Assembly (NCBI RefSeq): GCF_009914755.1
Contig: NC_060925.1
Origin: the human T2T-CHM13v2.0 reference genome, Homo sapiens
DNA length: 64,000 nt
Direction: 5' to 3' (one strand)
Position numbers and translations under genes: made by a program. Shown here piece by piece: positions 19,059 to 30,000 of this stretch; the first letter of the stretch is position 1, and each line of letters starts with the position of its first letter. The notes under the pieces were generated by a model. That model saw nothing but the letters and a program-made list of their open reading frames with translations. It was not told the DNA's origin and did not search any database.

Positions 19059-21997
19059 AAAGGCCATTTATGAAAAACCTGTGGCTAGCAAACTGATTGG
19101 GGGAAAAGCTGAAAGTGTGTCCTTTAAGAACCACAACAAGACAAGGATGCTGTATCTCACCATTCATATTCAACATAGTATTGGAAGCACTTGCTAGAGC
19201 AATTATGCAAAAGTAGAAATAAGGGACAGCTAAATTAGAAAGGAAGAAGTGAAATTGTCCTTGTTTACAGAGGACATAATATTATATACTGAAAAAACCT
19301 GGCAACCCCCTTTGGGTCCCCTCCCATTTTATGGGAGCTCTGTTTTCACTCTATTAAATCTTGCAACTGCACACTCTTCTGGTCTATGTTTGTTATGGCT
19401 TGAGCTGAGCTATCGCTTGCCATTCACCACGTCTGTTTTCCCGCAGACCTGCCACTGACTTCCATCCCTCCAGATCCAGCAGGGTGTCAGTGGCACTCCT
19501 GATCCAGCAAGGCACCCATTGCCACTCCCAAGTGGGCTAAAGGCTGGCCATTGTTCCTGCACAGTTAAGGGCCCAGGTTCATCCTAATCAAGCTGAATAC
19601 TAGTCGCTGGGTTCCTCGGTTCTCTTCCATGTCCCATGGCTTCTGATAGAGCTATAACACTCACTACATGGCCCAATATTCCATTCCTTGGAATCTGTGA
19701 AGCCAAGAACCCCAGGTCAGAGAAAAAGAGGCTTGTCACCATCTTGGAAGTGGCCCACCATCATCTTGGGAGCTCTAAGAACAAGGACCCCCCCCCCAAT
19801 AACATTTTGGCCACCACGAAGGCACGTCCAAAGTGGTGAGTAATATTGGACCACTTTCTCTTGCTACTCTGTCCTATCCTTCCTTAGAATTGGAGGAAAA
19901 TACCAGGTGCCTGTCAGCTGGTTAAAAACGATTAGTGTGGCCACTGGACTTAAGACTCAGGTGTGAGGCTGTCTGGGAAAGGGCTTTCTAACAACCCCAG
20001 CCTTTTATGGGTTGGGAGTGTTGGTCTGCCTGGAACCAGCTTCTGCTTTCAATATTCCTGGGGAAGTCAAGGGTGGACTAGAGGCAGAAAGCTGACGTCC
20101 CAAACTGCTGGCATTAGCCAGTTGAGATCATGGCACAGCCAGAAGTCTCTACTCAGCATTCACTTATGCATACGCCCCTACCTTTCCTTCTGACCCATAC
20201 CTCCTGGGTCCTGACCATGACTTTCTTGAAAGTGTAGCCCCAAAATTCTCCTTACTTCTGAATTGACTTCCTTTGATCCCTGCCTCCTAGATACTAATGC
20301 TTCAGGCTTTCACTTCCTCTCCCAAGTATTAGAACAGGTTGTATCTCCAAAGGGATCTAAGGAAGCTCTATGCTGCATCCTCAGGCCCCTAGGCTATGAA
20401 CCCAGGGAGTCTTGTCCCCGGTGTCCCTCCCAATTTAGGCATACAGCTCTCCACATGGGCAGTTATGTGGGACCCGTTCCCCACCACCCTTGCCAGGGCC
20501 TTAGAACTGATAACCTAGTACTCTAACAACTGGAATTGGGTCTACAACAACATACTAGATCAAGATGAAAGCAAATTGAGTAAATAAAAGGGAGGCACAT
20601 ATTCCTATAGTGGCAAATGGGGGCAACCAGCGAACATCCTTCCATTCTGTTTCCAAAATGCATCTACAAAGACAGAAAGGAGAAAGAAAGAGAGAAAGAG
20701 AAAGATAGAAGTAGTAAAGAAAAAACAGTGTACCCTGTTTCTTTAAAAGCCAGGGTTAATTTAAAACCTATAATTGATGATTTAAGGTTTTCTCCATGAC
20801 CCTATAACACTCCAATACCACTTTGTTGTCATTGTAAACAAGGGCATAGCCCAAAAGCACTGAGGCCACTGACAACCAGTGGCCTTCCTATCAAAAATCC
20901 TTAACCCAGGAACCTGCCAATGGCCCAGATGCATTCAATCTTTTGCGGCAACTACTTTCCTAACAGAAGAAAGTAGAAAATTAGCCTTTAGAGGAAACCT
21001 CATTGTGAGCCCACCTCACCAGTTCAGAACTATCCTAAGTTAAAAAAGCAAAAAGGGTAGGTTACTAACTCAAAAATCTGAAAGTATGGAGCTATTCTGT
21101 TAAAAAATGATAATTTAACATTAACCACTGAAAATTCCCTTCCCCCAGCAGATTTTCTGACAGGGGATTTAAATCTTAATTACCATACAAAGGTTCAACC
21201 GCACCTAGGAGGAACTCCCTTCAGGACAGGACAACAGATGGTTCCTCCCAGGTGATTGAGAAAAAAACACAATGGGTATTCAATAATTGAAGGAAACTCC
21301 TGTAGATGCAGAGTTAAGAAAATTGCCTAATAACTGGTCTGCTCAAACGTGTGAGCTGTTTGCACTCAGCCAAGCCTTAAAGTACTTACAGAATCAAAAA
21401 GCTCTATCTCAATCCTGACTCAAAGTTTACCCGCATCCTCTCTGAAATGAATTTGCATAAGAGAGAACTGTTGCTTGTAGGAATGCATCTTGATGGGGCA
21501 TCTGGGTTATTAGGAAATACTCAGGAACCCAGTGCAACTCTAGAACTCACCCCTGAGTGCAATGGCAATGTCAGGCATGCTGGTAAAGGACCACTAGAAT
21601 CCAGCAGCCTGGACCCCTTTCTTTGTGGTCAAGAAAGGTGGGAAAACTGGTTCAGGACTGCCCCATTGGTGAACGTAACTAATCCAATAAGCAGAGGTCC
21701 ACTGGTGGCTATGCACCCTAGAAAGGAACTCATCTCTGAGTGCAACAGCAGTGTTGGATATGCTGGTAAAGGACCTCTAGAACCCAGCAGCCCCATCCCC
21801 TTTCTTAGTGGTCAGGAAAGGCAGGAAAATAGGTGGAGGACTGCTACATCATTGAAAGTAACTAATCTGAAAAGCAGAGGTCCTTGAGTGGTTACGCACC
21901 TGAAAGGAATAAGCATTAGCTCCATAGAGGATGCTCTAGGTCTAATGCTCATCAGAAAATGACTAAGAGTGCTGGCATCCCTATGTTTTATTTTCAA

Positions 21998-23075
21998 ATG
22001 GGAAACATTTCCCCCAAGGCAAAAATGCCCCTAAGATGTATTCTGGACAATTATGCCCAGTCAGAGTGTACATACCTTTTTCCCTGTCAGACTTGAAGCA
22101 AATTAAAATAGACCTAGGTAAATTCTCAGCTAAGACTGATAGATATTTTGATGTTTTACAAGTGTTAGGACAATCCTTTCATCTGACATGGAGAGATATC
22201 ATGTTACTGCTAGATCAGACACTAACCCCAAATAAGAGAATTGCCGCCATAACTGCAGCCTGAGAGTTTGGTCATCTCTTGTATCTCAGTCAGGTCAATG
22301 ATAGGATGACAACAGAGGAAAGAGAACAATTCCCCACAGGCCTGCATGCAGTTCCCCGTGTAGACACTCACTGGGACACAGAATCGGATCATGGAGATTG
22401 GTGCCACAGATATTTGCTAACTTGGGTGATACAAGGACTAAGGAAAAGTAGGAGATAGCCCATAAATTATTCAATTATGTCCACTGTAACACAGAGAAAG
22501 GAAGAAAATCCTACTGCCTTTCTGCAGAAACTAAGGGAGGCATTGAGGAAGCATACCTCTCTGTCACCTGACTCTATTGAAGGCTAACTAATCTTAAAGG
22601 ATAAGTTTATCACTCAGTCAGCTGCAGACATTAGAAAAAAACTTCAAAAGTCCGCCTTAGGCCCAGAGCAAAACTTAGTTACTGGGTTCATAGCCCCATG
22701 ACCCATGGCTTCTAATAGAGCTATTAGAACTATTGAACTTGGCAACCTTGTTTTTTTTATAATAGAGATCAGGAGGAGCAGGCACAATGGGAGAAACAAG
22801 AGAAGAAAAAGGCCACGGCTTTAGTCATGGCCCTCAGGCAAGCAGACTTTGGAGGCTCTGGAACACAGAAAGCTGGGCAAATTGAATGCCTAATAGGGCT
22901 TGCTTCCAGTGTGGTCTACAAGGACACTTTAAAAAAGATTGCCTGAATAGAAATAAGCCACCACCTCGTCCATGCCCCTTATGTCAAGGGAATCACTGGA
23001 AGGCCCACTGTCCCAGGAGATGAAGGTCCTCTGAGTCAGAAGCCACTAACCAGGTGATCCAGCAGAAGGACTGAG
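21998..23075 (+). pseudogene. HERV-W gag, disrupted
   Basis: ATG GGA AAC start; CFQCGLQGHFKKDC and CPLCQGNHWKAHC zinc knuckles near 22900-23010; stops, frameshifts, internal deletion. Confidence 0.85.
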
Positions 23076-25677
23076 GATGCCCAGGGTAAGCACCAGCCCA
23101 TGCCATCACCCTCACAGTGCCTTGGGTATGCTTGATCATTGAGGGCCAGGGGGTTAACTGTCTCCTGGACACTGGTGCAGCCTTCTCAGTCTTACTCTCC
23201 TGTCCTAGACAACTGTCCTCCAGATCTGTCACTATCCAAGGGGTCCTAGGACAGCCAATCACTAGATACTTCTCCCAGCCACTAAGTTGTGACTGGAGAC
23301 ATTTACTCTTTTGACATGCTTTTCTAGTTATGCCTGAAAGCCCCACTTCCTTGTTAGGAGGAGACATTCTAGCAAAAGCAGGGGCCATTATACACCTGAA
23401 CATAGGAGAAGGAACACTCATTTGTTGTCCCCTGCTTGAGGAAGGAATTAATCCTGAAGTCTGGGCAACAGAAGGACAATATGGATGAGCAAAGAATGCC
23501 TGCCCTGTTCAAGTTAAACTAAAGGATTCCACCTCCTTTCCCTACCAAAGGCAGTACCCCCTTAGACCCGAGGCCTAGCAAGGGCTCCAAAGGATTGTTA
23601 AGGACCTAAAAGCCCAAGGCCTAGTAAAAACATGCAATAGCCACTGCAGTACTCCAATTTTAGGAGTACAGAAACCCAACGGGCAGTGGAGGCTAGTGCA
23701 AGATCTCAGGATTATCAATGAGGCCGTTGTCCCTCTACACCCAGCTGTACCTAACCCTTATACTCTGCTTTCCCAAATACCAGAGGAAGCAGAGTGGTTT
23801 ACAGTCCTGGACCTTAAGGATGTCTTTTTCTGCATCCCTGTACATCCTGACTCTCAATTCTTGTTTGCCTTTGAAGATCCTTCAAACCCAACATCTCAAC
23901 TCACCTGGATTGTTTTACCCCAAGGGTTCAGGGATAGCCCCCATCTATTTGGCCAGGCACTAGCTCAAGACTTGAGCCAGTTCTCATACCTGGACACTCC
24001 TCTCCTTCAGCACATGGATGATTTACTTTTAGCTGCCCTTTCAGAAACCTTGTGCCATCAAGCCACCCAAGCATTCTTTAATTTCCTCTCCACCTGTGCT
24101 ATAAGGTTTCCAAACAAAAGGATCAGCTCTGCTCACAGTAGGTTAAATACTTAGTGCTAAAATTATCCAAAGGCACCAGGGCCCTCAGTGAGGAACATAT
24201 CCAGCCTATCCTGGCTTTTCCTCATCCCAAAACCGTAAAGCAACTAAGAGCGTTCCTTGGCATAACAGGCTTCTGCTGAATATAGATTCCCTGGTACAGC
24301 AAAATAGCCAGATCATTATATACACTAATTAAGGAAACTCAGAAAGGCAATACCCATTTAGTAAGATGGACACCTGAAGCAGAAGTGACTTTCCAGGCCC
24401 TAAAGAAGGCCCTAACCTAAGCTCCAGTGTTAAGCTTGCCAACGTGGCAAGACTTTTCTTTATATGTCACAGAAAAAACAGGAATAGCTCTAGGAGTCCT
24501 TACACAGGTCTGACGGACCAGCTTGCAACCTGTGACATACCTGAGTAAGGAAATTGATGTAGTGGCAAAGGGTTGGCCTCATCGTTTATGGGTAGTGGCA
24601 GCAGTAGCAGTATTAGTATCTGAAGCAGTTAAAATGATACAGGGAAGAGATCTTACTGTGTGAACATCTCAAGATGTGAATGGCATACTCACTGCTAAAG
24701 GAGACTTGTGGATGTCAGACAACCATTTGCTTAAATATCAGCATCTATTACTTGAAGGGCCAGTGCTGCGACTGCGCCCTTGTGCAACTCTTAATCCAGC
24801 CACATTTCTTCCAGACAATGAAGAAAAAATAAAACATAACTGTCAACAAGTAACTGCTCAAACCTACACCACTCAAGGGGACCTTCTAGAGGTTCCCTTG
24901 ACTGATCATGATCTCAACTTGTATGCTGATGGAAATTCCTTTGTAGAAAAAGGACTTTGAAAAGTGGGGTATGCAGTGGTCAGTGATAATGGAATACTTG
25001 AAAATAATCCCCTCACTCCAGGAAGAAGCGCTTAGCTGGAAGAACGAATAGCTCTCACTCAGGCAATAGAATTAGGAGAAGGAAAAAGGGTAAATATATA
25101 TACAGACTCTAAGTATGCTTAGCTAGTCCTCCATGCCCACACAGCAATATGGAGAGAAAGGAAATTCCTGACTTCCAAAGGAACACCCATCAAACATCAG
25201 GAAGCCATCAGGAGATTATTATCGGCTGTACAGAAACCTAAAGAGGTGGCAATCTTATGCTGCCGGGGTCATCAGAAAGGAAAAGAAAGGGAAATAGAAG
25301 GGAACTGCCAAACGGATATCAAAGCCAAAATAGCTGCAAGGTAGGACCCTCCATTAGAAATACTTATAGAAGGACCCCTAGTATGGGGTAATCCCCTCTG
25401 GGAAACCAAGCCCCAGTACTCAGCAGGAGAAATAGAATGGGGAAACTCATGAGGACATAGTTTCCTCTCCTCAGGATGGCTAGGCACCAAAGAAGGAAAA
25501 ATACTTTTGCCTGCAGCTAACCAATGGAAATGACTTAAAACCCTTCACCAAACCTTTCATTTAGGCATTGATAGTACCCATCAGCAGGCCAAATTATTAT
25601 CTACTGGACCAGACCTTTTCAAAACTTTCGAGCAGATAGTCAGGGCCTGTAAAATGTGCCAAAGAAATAATCCCCTG
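23076..25677 (+). pseudogene. HERV-W pro-pol, disrupted and truncated early in integrase
   Basis: Protease LLDTGA; RT LDLKD, LPQGFRDSP and degenerate HMDD (24011-24022); RNase H YADG and YTDSKYA; many stops. Confidence 0.88.
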
Positions 25678-25700
25678 CACTGCAGGCCATACATTTCAAT

Positions 25701-25935
25701 CCCTGTATCTTTAACCTCCTTGTTAAGTTTATCTCTTCCAGAATCAAAGCTGTAAAACTACAAATCATTCTTCAAATGGAGCCCCAGATGCAGTCCATGA
25801 CTAAGATCTACTGTGGACCCCTGGACTGGCCTGCTAGCTCATGCTAGCACCCCTACTGACATTGACAGCACCCCTCCTGAGGAAATCTCAACTGCATGAC
25901 CCCTACTATGCCCCAGTTCAGCAGGAAGCAGTTAG
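25701..25935 (+). pseudogene. HERV-W env C-terminal remnant
   Basis: PCIFNLLVKFISSRIKAVKLQIILQMEPQMQSMTKIY, syncytin-1-like cytoplasmic tail, followed by the polypurine tract at 25981-25993. Confidence 0.85.
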
Positions 25936-28802
25936 AATGGTCATCGGCCAACCTCCCCAACAGCACTTGGGTTTTCCTGTTGAGAAAGGGGACTGAGAGA
26001 CAGGACTAGCTGGATTTCCTAGGCTGACTAAGAATCCCTAAGCCTAGCTGGGAAGGTGACCACATCCACCTTTAAACACGGGGCTTGCAACTTAGCTCAC
26101 ACCCAACCAATTGGGCAGTAAAGAGAGCTCACTAAAATGCTAATTAGGCTAAAACAGGAGGCAAAGAAGTAGCCAATCATCTATTGCCTGAGAGCACAGC
26201 AGGAGGGACAATGATCAGGATATAAACCCAGTATTCGAGCTGGCAATGGCAATCCCCTTTGGGTCCCCTCCCATTTTATGGGAGCTCTGTTTTCACTCTA
26301 TTAAATCTTGCAACTGCAAAAAGAAAAAAAAAAAGAGAGAAAAAGAAAAAAAAGAGAAAAAACCCAAATGCTCTACCAAAAAACAAAAAACCTGTTACAA
26401 CCAATAAACAAATTCAGTGAAGTTGCACAATACAAATCAAAATACAAAACCTGTAGCATTTATATACACGAATCATAAACTAGTTGAAAATAAAACTAAG
26501 AAAGGAATCCCGTTTAAAATAGTTACAAAATATACCTAAAAATAAATTTAACCAAGGAGGTGAAAAATATGTATACTGAGAACTATAGAACATTGATAAA
26601 AGAAATTAAAGAAGACACATATAAAAATGGAAAGGCACCCCATGTTCATGAACTTGAACAATTAATATTGTTAAAATAAGCATACTGCACAAAGCAATAT
26701 ACAGGGTCAATACAATCCTTATCAAAATACCAGCGACATTCTTCACAGAAATAGAAAAAAATTCAAACATTCATAGAGAACCACAAAAGACCCCAATAGT
26801 CAAAGCAATGCTGAGAAAAAGAATAAAACTGGAGGCATCACGCTACCAGACTTCAAAATATATACAAAGCTATAATAACCAAAACAGAATAGTCCTGGGA
26901 TAAAAAAGACGTAGAACAATGCAAGAGAATAGAGAACACAGAAATTAATTTACATATCCATTGTCAGCTGATTTTTGACAAAGGTGCCAAGAATAGTCAT
27001 TGGGAAAGTACAGTCTCTTTAATAAACAGTGCTGGGAAAACTGGATATCCATAAGTAGCTGAATGAAACTAGACCCCTATTTCTCACCCCTATTTCTCAT
27101 GCAAGAACCAACTCAAAATGGATTAATGACATAAATTTAAGACCCTGAAACCATAAAACTACTAGAATAAAATGGGGGGAAAATGCTTCAGGACATTGGT
27201 CTGGGAAAAAATTTTATGAATAACACCTCAAAAGCAATGGCAACCAAAGGAAAAATGAACAAATGAGATTATATCAAACTAAGAAGTTTCTGCATATCAA
27301 GGAAAATAATCAATAAAGTGAAAAGATAGCCAGGAGAAAAGATTTGCAAACTACTAATCAGACAGCAGATTAATATCCACAGTATACAAGAAACTCAAAC
27401 ATCTCAACTCAGAAAAAAATCTGATTAAAAATGAGCAAATGATCTGAACAGATATTTCTCAAAAGAGGACATACAAATGGTCAACAGGTGTATGAACATA
27501 ATGCTCAACATCACTAATCATCAAGGAAATGTAAATCAAAAGCACAATGATATATCATATCCCAGTTAGGATGATTGTTATCAAAAAGACAAAATGGCAA
27601 CAACAACAAAAACAACACTAGGAAGAATGCCAAAAAAGGAAACTCATATACACTGTTGGTGGGAATGTACAGTAGTACAACCACTGGAGAATGACATGGA
27701 GGTTTCTCAAAAACCTACAAAGAGAACTCACACGTGATCCAGCAATTTTCCTGCTGGGTATTTATCAAAAGGAAAGAAAAGGAAGGAACATCAGTGTACT
27801 GAAAGGATATCTGTACCTTCATGTTTATTGCAGCATGATTCACAAGAATCAACATGTGAAATCAACCCAGTGTTCAACAACAGATGACTGGATGAAGAAA
27901 ATGTAATATATACACACAATGGACTACTGTTTAGCCATAAAAAAATAAAATGCTGTCATTGATGGCAACATGGAAAGAACTGGATGACATTATATTAATT
28001 GAAATAAGTCAGGAAAAGAAACTGCATGTTGTCACCCTTATGCAGAGGCTAAAAATAGTTGATGTCATAGTTGTAAAAGGTTAGTAGAGTCTGCAGAGGT
28101 TAGTAGAGTCTGGGAAGGGAGGTGTAGTGAGAGATTTTTTTAAAGGACACAAAATTATAGCTAGATAGGAGGAATAAGTTTTCATGGGTATAGCACTGTA
28201 GGATGACTATAGCTAACAACAATATATGTTTTCAAATAGAAGAGAGCATATTGAGTGTTCCTAACACAAAGAAATGACAAATGTTTGAGATGATGGCTAT
28301 GCTAATTGCCAATGGTCGCTATACACTGTATGTATGAAAACATCAAAAAATACCTCTAAATATGTACAATTATTATGTGTCAATTTGAAAAATATTTTTT
28401 AAATGTGTTGAATGATACAAGGGTGGAATAGAGATAATTTCTCTATTGCACAACAAGCAACTATTACTTTTATAAAGAAAATGCTTTAATGTGGACAAGA
28501 AAGTGCTTTCTGGCTGCAGTGCAGTAGAGAGTTGGTGGCAGGTGTGAGGTGGAAGCAAGTTGGCTAGTTTGGAGGTTGTTGAGCTAACCCCAGTGTAAGA
28601 AGAGGGTGGCTTGGACTTAGAACAGTGGGTGTGAGGCTGGAGTGGGCACTGAAACCAGAGATGTTTAGGAGAGGGAGGTACAGGAGTGGGAGGGAAGCTC
28701 CCACAGACTGCCTGGGCAGTCTCCTCCCCTGCCCTCCCAGAGACTTCGGGCTTTAGTGGTGATACTGGATTCCTAAGTGGCCTTGGCCTTCTGTTATTTC
28801 AG

Positions 28803-29167
28803 ATCCAGCAGATGGGGAGACTGAACAAAGTGGTATCCTGGGCCCACCAGTTTTTCTACACTCACCCACTCTGGTTTGAACCGTTCACTGGCTTCCAGAA
28901 CATTTGAGCCCAACTATGTCAAAGCTGTGTGTAGCCACAGGGGTGAGGTGTTCTTGGGAGAGCTGCTCTTCCTGAGAACAAAGGGCTCAGGCTATGATGT
29001 GGGGAGGAGGCCTGGACCTGTGTCCTATGCCTGGGCAGCTGAAGTTCCCACCCTGCTTATCAAGGTGCCTCCTCTGGGAACCCCCTAGTCTCTATTTGAC
29101 CCAACCAACTTCTTCACTTGCAGAACCTCAAGCCCTAATATGTATGACTTCTTCCTCCAGTGGATTG
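28803..29167 (+). pseudogene. CYP4B1-like pseudogene fragment, exon 2 (28803-28942) and exon 3 (29124-29167)
   Basis: [34 protein letters not shown]/fs/EPNYVKAVCSHR and PQA/fs/NMYDFFLQWIG versus recalled CYP4B1 [47 protein letters not shown] and DPKAPDVYDFFLQWIG; all four splice sites intact; 140 and 44 bp versus 142 and 45 bp for CYP4A11 exons 2 and 3 in this window. Confidence 0.88.
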
Positions 29168-29504
29168 GTGAGTAAGCACCTGCCTTTCTTGCCTTGCCCA
29201 CCCCAGACCCTTGGTGCTGGATGACCTCTGCCCTGCCCTACTTAGTTGGTTATCCCATCAAACAGACAACCTGGCCTCTTTGTGCCTGTCTTAGGTTCAG
29301 TTGCTTTTTGGGGAGTCAGAGAAGGGGAGAGGAGAGCTTCTGGCTGGCTGGCAGGGGACATGGACCCAGGCACTTTCTCTTGCCAGGTTGTCTTCTACCC
29401 TGGATAGGCATCTTTCCCACTGGTCATGTTTCTCTGCTAAATCCCTGATTAAGACACATTTTGGTCCAAAGACTGGTACTAAAGAGACTGAATCTGAAGT
29501 ATGA

Positions 29505-29876
<372 letters not shown>

Positions 29877-30000
29877 TAATCTGACTAGTTAAAAAGTAAC
29901 CAATTACTGTTTTCAGTGGTAAAGAGAACACTGGTAGTCCATGGCAAAGAAGTTAAAAACGTTGAAAAAAGATTAGACGAATGGCTAACTAGAATAACCA

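Larger units (their letters stand above)
19300..26355 (+). mobile_element. HERV-W (HERV17/LTR17) processed pseudogene: R-U5, PBS, leader, gag, pro-pol, deleted env, U3-R, poly(A)
   Basis: 5' LTR starts at R (19300-19804, no U3); PBS 19808-19825; 3' LTR TGAGAGACAGGACTAGCTGG 25994-26318 ends after ATTAAA with an A-tail (no U5); TSD GAAAAAACC at 19291-19299 and 26356-26364. Confidence 0.93.
19060..28400 (+). mobile_element. Old L1M(A) ORF2/3' portion hosting the HERV-W insertion (pieces 19060-19299 and 26356-28400)
   Basis: Decayed ORF2 (KLSLFTEDIILY) before the insertion, resuming after the second TSD and running to an L1MA-type 3'UTR. Confidence 0.8.

Noticed and set aside
23696-24154. HERV-W RT ORF as a functional enzyme
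   Set aside because: Catalytic motif is HMDD and the frame is bounded by stops and frameshifts.
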